Positions 1 to 9,226 of a stretch of DNA of 64,000 nucleotides are shown one piece after another. Position 1 is the first letter of the stretch. The number at the start of each line of letters is the position of its first letter. The notes beneath the pieces are model-generated. The model made no database searches. It saw nothing but the letters and a program-made list of their open reading frames with translations, and was not told the origin of the DNA. The stretch is from Cyanophora paradoxa CCMP329 (Eukaryota; Plantae; Glaucophyta). The position numbers and the translations under genes are program-made. Location of the stretch: NCBI GenBank assembly GCA_004431415.1, contig QPMI01000408.1, positions 372,001 through 436,000 of the forward strand. Reading direction: 5' to 3'.

Positions 1-1196
1 TGTTGTAGCCATTGAGGACCATAACATTGTGTCGTAGGGCATAGATATCAACCTGAACAGGAGCAGCATCAGTGCATCCCGAAACAGTGAGATCCATGTA
101 ACTGGAACTGCTGTTGAAGAAATCCTGGTAACCCATAACACTGTTCCGAAGCGAATCTTTTCCAGATTTGGAAAGAACGATTCCGTAAATATTTCCATTC
201 TCGAATCCATAAGTAGTATTGCCAACAGTAACACCCTTGTAATGAGAAGGAATGTGATTGATAGCCGAGAGGAAACCAGAAATGGGTTTGTTGGAGATAT
301 CCAGGGAGCGATTGTTGTGGAAGATCTGGAACTGATCGATCTTAACATCCGAAACATGACCACAGAAATCAGAGTGAGTGTAGGTGTTAAGTTTGTTCAC
401 CTCTCGAACTGTCATGAGAATCGAATGAACCAGACCAGAAACATTAGCGAGTGTCACCTCAACCGATTCACCAGCATCAGCGGTTTTGAGCGCTCGTGTC
501 TTCTTGTGGATGACCTCTGTGATCGGAATACGAATGCCACCTTGTTCATTTGCCATTTTCAAAAGTGTCTCAGCCTCAGCCGAAGCGATGTTTACAAATT
601 GACAGATCAGGGAGCAATCCGCAAATGTAACAGATCCACCAGCAGGAACTTTGACTATCCCAGCATCACGGAAATCAACCTCGATTGTTGGCATATCCGC
701 CAGTGTGCATAGTGGGAAGTAAGCATCATCCCAGAAAGCAGCGGGAATTTTCACAATGTATTCCATAGCCTCATCTGTGCTTTCACGATCAAGTTCTTTG
801 AAGTAACCAAGAGAAGCATACATGCTGCTCATGGTAGCATGATCATTATCAATCAGAGCGTTAACAGTTATCCAGTCACCAGGGATGATATACTTGAAAC
901 CACCATGAACAAAGCGGACCTCATTAATAAAGGAAGAACCACCATTGGGAGGGTGCAGGCTACACCACCACCAGTGGCAATCTTGAAATAGAGCGAAACA
1001 CCAGCAAGGAGTTGCTTGCGAGGTAGATCAAAGTAAGCGGTATTCTTAAAGCCAAAAGTATTGCCTCGGGGACGAACTTGCTCGAGGAATGGTTTGTACT
1101 TGGGTTGGTTCCGATTTGGAGACCAGGGGATAGATAAATTTGATCGGAACCGGGAGTTACGAGGAGTTCCTTAAGGGTAGTTCCAGTGAGTGCCAT
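1..1196 (-). CDS. Double jelly-roll major capsid protein (NCLDV/PLV-like); one frameshift near 1115; runs off window start
   Basis: Manual translation: MALTGTTLKELLVTPGSDQIYLSPGLQ/NRNQPKYKPFLEQVRPRGNTFGFKNTAYFDLPRKQLLAGVSLYFKI...FLINEVRFVHGG..IIPGDW...YIVKIPAAFWDDAYFPLCTL...VQVDIYALRHNVMVLNGYN. These match the N-terminal, FG..FDLPR, GG..I.GDW, FPL and C-terminal VYA..NV...NG motifs of DJR MCPs. The ORF track shows only the pre-frameshift piece (960..1196). Confidence 0.85.
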
Positions 1197-1248
1197 CTCT
1201 TATGTTTAAAATACCAAAAGAAATTTTTAAAATGCTTTATTAAACAGA

Positions 1249-2148
1249 ATGACGCGTCATTACCTTAATATTGATTCCAGGGACCGAGATGATGGAACCC
1301 CAACGAACTTTACTTACAAAATTCCCCATGCAATCCAAAATGTGAGAGCCTGCAGAGTGACTAACTTTGAGATGTTCAATAACATTTACAATCTTAGCGA
1401 GAATGGAAGTTTGATTACAGGAACCTATGATGCTGGAGATGTAATTAAAACTAAGAATAACACTATTTCAAAAGGGACATATACTTCGGATAGTTTGGTG
1501 AATCTTCTAAATGCCAAACTAGCTTCACAAGTGTATGGTGCAGCAGGAACTACCTATACTCGCCATTTCTACGTTACATATGATCCTGTTACCATGTTTC
1601 TAAGGTTCATGTGCGATGCAACATTTACCCTCACCTTTGGAAGTCGGATCTTAGCAAACTTCCTTGGGTTTCCAGATCGCAGACCTGACAGTTCAGAAAA
1701 TGGTTACGCTTCTGCCCTGCTGGATTCACCTGTAACAGTCGGAGCTAATACTTATAATTACTACATTGACAGTGTTATACCGCTCGATCTTCTGTTCAAC
1801 TCTTACATCCTTCTCCACGTTGACCCACTCAAAGGCAACTATGTAAGCAAGAACACAAGCGATGATAAAGCCCTCGCAAAAATCGAGATTGATCAAACGG
1901 TAGGCAGTCTCTTAAAATATGATTCATCGAATAATTCCATGATCCTGCATGAGCAAAACGGTTTGGTGGAAGTTGAAACGCTAAAAGTTCGTCTCACATA
2001 CTGGAATGGTGCCGAAACGGATATTACCACTGATTGGTCGATGACGCTTGAACTCATTACGGAAGATGATAAAGATCTGACAAAGAAAGCATTGAAGAAT
2101 GTCATTAAAGAGTTGGAGGGACTCTACTTGCCGTTCTCACGGTCATAG
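1249..2148 (+). CDS. Minor capsid (penton) protein, PLV/NCLDV type
   Basis: N-terminal LNIDSRDRD..TPTNF.Y.I...I.NV, N.YN, GTYT...L...LN..L, LA.FLGF and C-terminal LKVRL...NG...D...DWSMTLEL; divergently adjacent to the MCP with a 52-bp spacer. Confidence 0.8.
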   Translation: MTRHYLNIDSRDRDDGTPTNFTYKIPHAIQNVRACRVTNFEMFNNIYNLSENGSLITGTYDAGDVIKTKNNTISKGTYTSDSLVNLLNAKLASQVYGAAGTTYTRHFYVTYDPVTMFLRFMCDATFTLTFGSRILANFLGFPDRRPDSSENGYASALLDSPVTVGANTYNYYIDSVIPLDLLFNSYILLHVDPLKGNYVSKNTSDDKALAKIEIDQTVGSLLKYDSSNNSMILHEQNGLVEVETLKVRLTYWNGAETDITTDWSMTLELITEDDKDLTKKALKNVIKELEGLYLPFSRS

Positions 2149-2184
2149 GAAATACTGTAGAATAAATTTGTCTCGATATTACAA

Positions 2185-2934
2185 ATGGCAACTCGAAAGA
2201 CCCAGCCAAAGAATTTCTTAGCCAAACCAGTTGAGCAAGCGGAACCAGAACGGAAACAGTTTAAGAAATCGAAAGGAACTGCTGCATATGGAACTGGTGA
2301 TCTCGATAAAAATGTTCACCAGACCATGAATGCTCACACAATTGCGCTTACTTCAAACTCAAATGATGATAATGCCCTGGTTGACCAAGTCCCACTGAAC
2401 CGCATGCCTGGAGCCAAACGAGGAATCAAGAAAGGACAGTTCAAATCATCGACAAAGGACAAGGTTGCCTCATCATCAACACTGCTGAAACTGCTTGATG
2501 GTGGTGAGCGACTCTACTCAACCTATTCCGAGAAAGACCATCGCAACCGCTACTTTATTCGTTCAACCACTGGTGGACTGAAATCTGTGACATACCAGTA
2601 TGCTAAAAGTCTTGTTGATGGCATTGCAGCAGAGACCAAAAACGAAAACAAGATCAAGGAACAGCCAATCACAAAGGAAAAGGTTGAGAAGAAACCAGAA
2701 GTAACCCATGAAGTCATCCCTGAACCTGTTCATGTTGCAAAAGAATCACCAGCCGAATTGATTGCAAAGACCATCGATTATCAAGACTCCAACAAAACGG
2801 ATTTGCCGGTCCTCAATAAATCGATCCTCCGGGTTGCTACTTCGCAGGCTGATCCAGTCAACTCGATTCCAAATGCTGCCCCAATGGTCTCAGGGTTTGC
2901 CAAGCTCGGTATTAAACCTGGATATCGCCGTTAA
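2185..2934 (+). CDS. Hypothetical basic viral protein (249 aa)
   Basis: Clean ATG-started Lys-rich ORF with viral codon usage between mCP and the replication module; no recognisable motif. Confidence 0.6.
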   Translation: MATRKTQPKNFLAKPVEQAEPERKQFKKSKGTAAYGTGDLDKNVHQTMNAHTIALTSNSNDDNALVDQVPLNRMPGAKRGIKKGQFKSSTKDKVASSSTLLKLLDGGERLYSTYSEKDHRNRYFIRSTTGGLKSVTYQYAKSLVDGIAAETKNENKIKEQPITKEKVEKKPEVTHEVIPEPVHVAKESPAELIAKTIDYQDSNKTDLPVLNKSILRVATSQADPVNSIPNAAPMVSGFAKLGIKPGYRR

Positions 2935-3284
2935 GGATCAATGTGAATAATATAATTTCTCAAACATAGGTAGCGCTACGTAACCAATCCTATCCCGTAG
3001 GCTCAAAACTTCTTCATTTTTATGGAGGCGTTGTAGAGCGAAGTGAAATATCCATAGGTAAATCACTTTAATCACCTGTTCTACTGGGTTCAGTGGTAGA
3101 AACTTGCAGCCGACAAGTGAACCTTTTTGGGTATCGGTGGCTTTATCATTTTTCCAGCATCTTCTTTCGTACTGGATGCTCTGCAATCGGGACCAAAATT
3201 TGACAGGAGTTTAATCGCTATATACAGACAGAAAAACTACTTAAAGATTTCTTAACATATATTAAGAGAGTAGAAAGGGACAAA

Positions 3285-3542
3285 ATGCCAATCAGTGAGG
3301 CTCAGAAGCGTGCTACTTACCGTTATCGTAAAACTGAAAAAGGTCAGGAATATTTAAAAAAGTATAATGCGAAATTCGCGAAGCAAATGCGTGATTTATA
3401 TCATACTGATGATTGTTACAGAGCCAAGAGAATCGTTGAGAGTTCCCAGCGTCTCTATGTTTCCAATGCAGTCTGCTTTGTTAAGTATCTCTATGGTGTC
3501 CCCTATTCTAACCGTGGTCGCAAATCGAAATATGTCTGTTAA
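3285..3542 (+). CDS. Small basic putative DNA-binding protein (SEAQKRA..Y motif)
   Basis: MPISEAQKRATYRYRKTEKGQEYLKKYN resembles small basic helical proteins common in PLVs, NCLDVs and phages. Confidence 0.5.
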   Translation: MPISEAQKRATYRYRKTEKGQEYLKKYNAKFAKQMRDLYHTDDCYRAKRIVESSQRLYVSNAVCFVKYLYGVPYSNRGRKSKYVC

Positions 3543-3771
3543 TCGTTTTTCTCAGCGCGATCTGCTCTGAGAAACCCGCGGGAACCGCGCTGGAGCCACA
3601 AATAAAATCATTCTGTTATTTTTAGAGTTCGATCATCGAGCCAACCCTTTGTTATTTTTATAAATGCCCTCGACTAAATTTATTTTGTCGAAGACTTTCG
3701 GTTTTGCCGGTAAAAATTGACGCGAGTATAAAAGTATTTAAGGAAAACTTTTGTAGGTATATATTAAGACA

Positions 3772-6700
3772 GTGAACAAAGAAATGCCTCGTCCTTCAAA
3801 TCTAAGATTGAAGAAGCGCAAGACAAAGTTCCTTGGTAGTTTATCCTATGGATATGCCAATGACCTGCTCACAGAAGAGCAGTTCAACTATTTCCTTCAT
3901 GAGATAGCCTTCAAGAGACCGAGAGAGCAGAAGTTATTGGATCTTGAAGAAACTCTTGAGGGAATTCTCAGACCGAATGAAAGGGTGCAGAGATTTAATG
4001 ATGAATTCGATAGGTTGGGCAACATTGATGCTGAGAGGCCCCAAGGGAGAACCAGAGAGGAGAGGAAGCAAGCCAAAAGAGCGGAGCGCTTTGATCGCAA
4101 GCAGAATAAGAAGGCTAAACGTTCCGCTCGTTCCCAGAAGAATGTGGAAAAGCAGCAAAGTAAGCAGTTCAAAGCGCTGGTAAGGAGAATCATAAGGGAT
4201 ATTGAGGCCCAGGATGGCGATACAGTCTCGCTTCGTGTGAGGTTTTACCGAATTCCTGAAGACTTCAATAACCTCCCAAACAACTACGATGTTGTTATCC
4301 ACGAAGACACACCTTACATTGAAACACAAAAATCCGGAAAACGCGCATTGATGCTTTCCTGCCCCAAGCAAGTGCTGGTGAGATTGCTTGAACAGGTGCA
4401 AGAGGACTTTAATAACTTCCTTGCATTGTGGACTCTGAACGAGATTGCTTCCTTCCTGATTTCTATTGGGCAAAGCAACCCTCGCAATCGAGACTATCAA
4501 TTCGTTAAGGTTTTCACGAATGATGCGCCCAATGGATCAGACATCAAGTATCCAGAGGTGATGACAATCGAGGAGATTATTGTCAGCGATAACAAAACAG
4601 TATACCCTTTGAATGAACGAGTTCTGCGAGATGGGCAGGCTCCAAAAATCGTTTCTCGTTTCGTGAAATACACCCTCAATGGTCAGGCTAAGTGTGTGAT
4701 GGACCAAATATGTCCCGATGATTCACTTACCATCAAAGATTGTTTAATCGAAGCATTACATCAGGTTCTATACAAAGGGTTTGAGTATGCCCGCAGCATC
4801 AAGAAGTATAAGAAGGTCAACTACTCCAAAGACTGGCTCTTTGCTCAGATCAAGGGATATGAACCTAAGCCTGATTCCGATTGGGGAGTGAGTTTTGATG
4901 AGCTTCTTCCTTTCTTGAAAAAGTGGCGCATCAGGTTCATTGCAATTGGAAAGGATGACAAGGTTATTCATACTCTTTCCTTCAAACCGAATCGAACCAA
5001 CTCTCACTTAGTTCCCGCAAGTGTTTATGTGCAGATTGCAAACGACCACGTTTATGTATTAAATAAGGATCTCAGTAAACTGGTTCGTTCTTTCAATGGA
5101 ACTGGCGCCCGTGAAACCAAGAAGAGTATGGGTTCAGCAGCCATGAAATACAAGATCAAAACACAGTTCAACGATAACAGCTTCTTTGCTTACAGCGAGG
5201 AGGATATCATCAAGATCATTGCCAGAGAGAAAGATAGTATTTCTGAAAAAATTAAGATCACATACAACAAGCCACTACTTGAGTTGTTGGGAAGCTTCCG
5301 AAAGGCTAATCACGAGGTTCACACTTCCATTACTGATGAGGGAACAATAACCTACATTCACTACACAATAGAGGATAAAGATGTAATTATCCTTCCACCA
5401 GGCAACATGGTGGATATGGAAAATATTGATGTGAACCTTGCAGATGATGCGCATCGCAAGTTGTTTGATGAGATGAGTCAGATGATGTATAGGGCGCTTA
5501 TCAACAAACCCTACAAGAGCAAATATAATCCAGAAACATATGCAGCATTTACTAAAGGGCAACAGAGTGCATTGACTGGGTTCTTTGGATCTGCCTCTGA
5601 GGTCCGAACAATGGTAGAGAACATTGCCTATGGATCCATTGATACTCACAAGCTCGACATTTCCAAAGCATACACACACATCGTTTCGAAAGTGCTTAAG
5701 GTGTTTCCAGTTTTCAGTTCATTTGATAGATTCGAAAAAGTCAAAGTGTCTTGCAGCTCGGACATCGAAGACAATTCGTTCTATTCCGTGAAAGTGAAAG
5801 CCAAACACTTCAAAGCATTCAGAAATTATGGTGAGGCGAATACCTTGAATCAATACAAGAGGATTCTCGTCGATTCAAAGTATAACCTGATGTATGGTGA
5901 GGTTTTGAAAGAGTTTTACGAGGATATTAAGGATGATATCAGCATTGAGGCAGTTCTAAGACCTTATCGGATTGCCGAGAATGTCACCTTGCAGGCTTTC
6001 AAGCAGTTGTATGCAAGTCAGCTTTCGACCAAGGAGAAGAAAGACATTGCCAACCATCACATTGGTCTATTTGGTAAGAAGTCCCAGCGAAAAGCAACCA
6101 CCTACACCTTTTTCAATAAAAATGATGCTCTGAATTTCATTGAAGAGAATGGAGGGACCCTGAAGTTTATAAGTTTCGATCAAGAGAAGCCAACACACAC
6201 ATCAGTTAAGAATGAGAAGGACATTAAATCGCCCATGATTTGGTATGTGAACCAGGAAGAACAAGAACGGGCTTTCATTGATGGTTTCCTGCCAATGCAG
6301 TGCGTGATTTACTCCACCATGCGAGGCATCATGTATCGCCTATGCAAGAAATTGCTCTCTGAGGGAGTGGGAGTCCTTGCAATCAAGACCGATGAGCTGA
6401 CAATCGATAGACCATATCCATTCGAGCAGTTTGACCGAAACCTATTCGAGAACACTGGAAAGTTTGATGTGAAGCCAGCAAACATGAACTCGATAACCCA
6501 CAGTAAGAGGACTTCCAAAAAACCAAAGAGCCACATGATCACATTTGATCGACTCAAAACTCGCTCCAAACCTTTCATCAATGTTGAAAAGATTGTTCAC
6601 AAGGTTCACAAGTTCCAGGATGAGTATGACCTCCCAGCAATTGTTAATGCTTTGGATGGGCAAGGTAATGTGCTGATTAAAGGAGTGAAACCGGGAACTG

Positions 6701-7977
6701 GTAAGACTACTTTGGCAAAGGCAATGGCCAAGAAGTATGGTAAGAAATGCTTGTTTGTTGCGCCTACTAATAAGAGATGCAAGGATTTGCGAATGGAACT
6801 AAAAGCAGAGTGGGGCCAAGATGCTCCCGAGGTGATGACTATTTATCGAGCCTTGAATTTGAATGTTGATGATGAGAGAATGAAGGGAAATGTAGGGAAG
6901 AAGGTATCGGAATTATCGAAGTACGATTGCTTTGTTATTGATGAGATCTACCAGTTTGAGATTAGGGAATTGGAATCTCTGTGCGATGTGATGACTGTGC
7001 AGTTCCCAGACAAACTCTACATCGCAACAGGCGACCCCTACCAGAACCCACCCATCCAATTCATAACAGTCAATCAACGAGATTACTACAACAAGATCTT
7101 CGATAGACTTTTCAAGAACGAGGTTTACCTGCAGGTTGGAAAGCGTCATAAACTGGCTGCAGATCAGAAGAAATTAGACCAGTTATGGGAGGACTTATTC
7201 AGGACTGAACTACCAGTTTCTATTGCTGCCAGACGATTGGGCTTGAAAGTAGTTGATACATTGGAGAAGGGTGATATCTCAGTATGCAATTCAAACCGCA
7301 AGTGTGCAGAGGTGAACAACAAAATGCATAAAATGATTCATGGAGAGGATCCTGTATATAAGACAGGTGTGGAGCTGATTGCAAAGGTGCGAATGACAAC
7401 AAGTGAGGGCATCATTCAGCGGGGCTTTGTTTACGAAGTGGTCGAATACAAAGCCAAGGAAATTCTCACTCTCAAAGACATTGATTCGGGTGAAGTGCAT
7501 ACTCTAAAAAGCGAAGATATCAAGTATTTCGCATTGACCCATGCTTTCACCTGTCACATCATTCAGGGTGACACAATCAGGGATTCTCGTGTTGTAATTC
7601 ACGAGACTGGGTCCCCATATGTTACTGCTGAGTGGTTCTATGTTGCAGCAACTCGAACCCAGAATCTCTCAGATACTGTGATTTTCGTTGATAAATCCGA
7701 GGCAGCCACAATGGTGAAAACGAAGGAGGATCAAGCTCAGAAAATCGATTCCTACAAATCCCAAGACAAACAAGCCAATCGGGAGTTCTCCTTGGCAGAG
7801 TATGTTGATTGGGACTGGTTCAAAAAGCAGTATGGGAAGCAATTGGGGCGATGCAGAAGGTGCTTTGATATTATGGATTTCGAAGAAGCCACTGTTGATC
7901 GGGAGAACAATGCTATCGCTCACATTTCTCGAAACTGTTTCTTGTCACATTGTAGGTGTAACTGTTCAGCCCAGTAA
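3772..7977 (+). CDS. Multidomain replication protein: putative OTU-like protease + divergent B-family polymerase + SF1 (Pif1/RecD-like) helicase + C-terminal HNH-like domain (likely ATG at 3784)
   Basis: Helicase motifs GVKPGTGKTT (~6682), VIDEIYQ (~6934), GDPYQNPP, HAFTCHIIQGDT, WFYVAATR. PolB-like motifs LDISKAY (D at 5656), KDIANHHIGLFGK (6040), IKTDE (6382). KDCLIEAL (C at 4741) with NDHVY (H at 5047). C-terminal CRRC...TVDRENN...H...NC...CN. Confidence 0.8.
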   Translation: MNKEMPRPSNLRLKKRKTKFLGSLSYGYANDLLTEEQFNYFLHEIAFKRPREQKLLDLEETLEGILRPNERVQRFNDEFDRLGNIDAERPQGRTREERKQAKRAERFDRKQNKKAKRSARSQKNVEKQQSKQFKALVRRIIRDIEAQDGDTVSLRVRFYRIPEDFNNLPNNYDVVIHEDTPYIETQKSGKRALMLSCPKQVLVRLLEQVQEDFNNFLALWTLNEIASFLISIGQSNPRNRDYQFVKVFTNDAPNGSDIKYPEVMTIEEIIVSDNKTVYPLNERVLRDGQAPKIVSRFVKYTLNGQAKCVMDQICPDDSLTIKDCLIEALHQVLYKGFEYARSIKKYKKVNYSKDWLFAQIKGYEPKPDSDWGVSFDELLPFLKKWRIRFIAIGKDDKVIHTLSFKPNRTNSHLVPASVYVQIANDHVYVLNKDLSKLVRSFNGTGARETKKSMGSAAMKYKIKTQFNDNSFFAYSEEDIIKIIAREKDSISEKIKITYNKPLLELLGSFRKANHEVHTSITDEGTITYIHYTIEDKDVIILPPGNMVDMENIDVNLADDAHRKLFDEMSQMMYRALINKPYKSKYNPETYAAFTKGQQSALTGFFGSASEVRTMVENIAYGSIDTHKLDISKAYTHIVSKVLKVFPVFSSFDRFEKVKVSCSSDIEDNSFYSVKVKAKHFKAFRNYGEANTLNQYKRILVDSKYNLMYGEVLKEFYEDIKDDISIEAVLRPYRIAENVTLQAFKQLYASQLSTKEKKDIANHHIGLFGKKSQRKATTYTFFNKNDALNFIEENGGTLKFISFDQEKPTHTSVKNEKDIKSPMIWYVNQEEQERAFIDGFLPMQCVIYSTMRGIMYRLCKKLLSEGVGVLAIKTDELTIDRPYPFEQFDRNLFENTGKFDVKPANMNSITHSKRTSKKPKSHMITFDRLKTRSKPFINVEKIVHKVHKFQDEYDLPAIVNALDGQGNVLIKGVKPGTGKTTLAKAMAKKYGKKCLFVAPTNKRCKDLRMELKAEWGQDAPEVMTIYRALNLNVDDERMKGNVGKKVSELSKYDCFVIDEIYQFEIRELESLCDVMTVQFPDKLYIATGDPYQNPPIQFITVNQRDYYNKIFDRLFKNEVYLQVGKRHKLAADQKKLDQLWEDLFRTELPVSIAARRLGLKVVDTLEKGDISVCNSNRKCAEVNNKMHKMIHGEDPVYKTGVELIAKVRMTTSEGIIQRGFVYEVVEYKAKEILTLKDIDSGEVHTLKSEDIKYFALTHAFTCHIIQGDTIRDSRVVIHETGSPYVTAEWFYVAATRTQNLSDTVIFVDKSEAATMVKTKEDQAQKIDSYKSQDKQANREFSLAEYVDWDWFKKQYGKQLGRCRRCFDIMDFEEATVDRENNAIAHISRNCFLSHCRCNCSAQ

Positions 7978-9035
7978 TGGAGAATATTCTATCATACAAA
8001 AAATACAAACAGAAGCTCATTAGTGAAGGGAAGGAATTTGATGAGGCGGAACTGAGAAACAAGTATAAGAATTCCGAACTGCATCAAATTTTCAAGAAGC
8101 CTAGGAAAAAGACTACGTTTTTAAGAATAGTTGCCCAGCCATACTCATTTCAGGTTGATGTCATGTTTTTCAGAAAGTTTAAGACAGCAAATTATGGATA
8201 CATTAAAGCGCTTAGTTTCATTGACATTCTAAGTAGAAAGGCATTTGTGTATGCTTTCAAGACCAGCGAAGAGATTCCGGGAATACTTAATAAATTCAAG
8301 GGCGAAGCAGGTAAGGTTGTAGGATTGGCAGGGGATAATGAGTTTTCCAGTGCGGTTTATCGAACTTGGTGCAGTGAAAATGGTGTCGAATTGTATACAG
8401 ATGTTGCGAAAGAAGATCACATTTCTGCTGGGAATAAACTTGGGATAATCGATCGATTCACTCGAACCTTCAAACAATACATGAACAAACTCATGGTCTC
8501 GAGGAATACTTCGAAGTGGGTCGAATTAATCCCAGATGTGCTAAAGGCTTACAATAACTCGCCTCATTCATCACTGAACAATGATTCCCCAAACCAAGTG
8601 TTTGCAAGTCCACAGAAGCAAATGTTTATTTTCCTAAAAACCACCAAGCATAACATGGATGTTAAAGAGAATCAACCCGATAAAATCAAACCAGGAGATA
8701 CTGTAAGAGTTTTAGAGGAGAGAGGTGCATTCTCAAAGGAAGGCCCCAGGTTCAGTCAGAAGATTTACAAAGTAGCTGGGAAAGATGCTAATCGATTCAA
8801 GGTGCTTGAAGATAATGGAGATGATGCAGAGGAATTAAAGAGACGTTTTAAGCAACAAGAGTTACAGAAAGTGAAACGAGATGAGATAATGAAAATTCCA
8901 CAGCAAATGAGGATTCAAGCTGTAAAGAAAACAAACACAGTGAATCGAAAAGTTGCAAAAGAGGGAATCAAACCAAATCGCAGCAAAGTTGTTAGAAAAA
9001 GGTATCAATTAAGAAGCGGATTAACTAAAAGGTAG
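7977..9035 (+). CDS. Retroviral-like (rve) integrase of element A
   Basis: FQVDVM, IDILSRKAF, GDNEF, IIDRFTRTFK, YNNSPHSSL...P, GDTVRV...FS..IYKV; start overlaps the upstream stop (TAATG). Confidence 0.9.
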   Translation: MENILSYKKYKQKLISEGKEFDEAELRNKYKNSELHQIFKKPRKKTTFLRIVAQPYSFQVDVMFFRKFKTANYGYIKALSFIDILSRKAFVYAFKTSEEIPGILNKFKGEAGKVVGLAGDNEFSSAVYRTWCSENGVELYTDVAKEDHISAGNKLGIIDRFTRTFKQYMNKLMVSRNTSKWVELIPDVLKAYNNSPHSSLNNDSPNQVFASPQKQMFIFLKTTKHNMDVKENQPDKIKPGDTVRVLEERGAFSKEGPRFSQKIYKVAGKDANRFKVLEDNGDDAEELKRRFKQQELQKVKRDEIMKIPQQMRIQAVKKTNTVNRKVAKEGIKPNRSKVVRKRYQLRSGLTKR

Positions 9036-9226
9036 TTGGGTGTAATGCATATAACTTCGATTGATTAGATTTTAGATATAACTTCGATTAAATAAAATAG
9101 ATTGTGACTGAGGCTTACTGAGATTTACTGAGATTGGGGATTGGGTTACTGGGAATCATGCGGATATTGCTTGAAGGGGCAAATTATATTGGGGTAATTT
9201 TTGGGTGTAATGCTCACAGCTCAGCT
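9036..9226. repeat. Putative right terminal (TIR) region of element A
   Basis: ATATAACTTCGATT twice (9049-9062, 9076-9089); ACTGAGGCTTACTGAGATTT (9107-9126) identical to 13021-13040; TTGGGTGTAATGC direct repeat (9036-9048, 9201-9213); ends CAGCT-CAGCT (9217-9226). Confidence 0.65.

Larger units (their letters stand above)
1..9226. mobile_element. Polinton-like virus, element A (right part; left part outside window)
   Basis: AT-rich, intron-less, tightly packed ORFs: DJR major capsid, minor capsid, polymerase-helicase fusion, rve integrase. Followed by a non-coding terminal region ending ...CAGCTCAGCT at 9226 (5'-AG...CT-3' type end with a short tandem repeat, as in Polintons). Confidence 0.85.

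Noticed and set aside
242-712. 156-aa plus-strand ORF
   Set aside because: Antisense shadow of the capsid gene.
2938-3186. 82-aa minus-strand ORF in element A
   Set aside because: Non-ATG start and no motif; cannot be supported.
9036-9135. CRISPR-like array in short repeats (also 23059-23130, 60160-60200, 60908-60941)
   Set aside because: Repeats are 10-14 bp, adjacent or irregular, without unique spacers; eukaryotic context and no cas genes.
9134-9226. Apparent N-terminus of the 793-aa polymerase ORF (MGIGLLG…)
   Set aside because: TTG-started read-through of element A's terminal DNA; polymerase similarity starts only at 9227.
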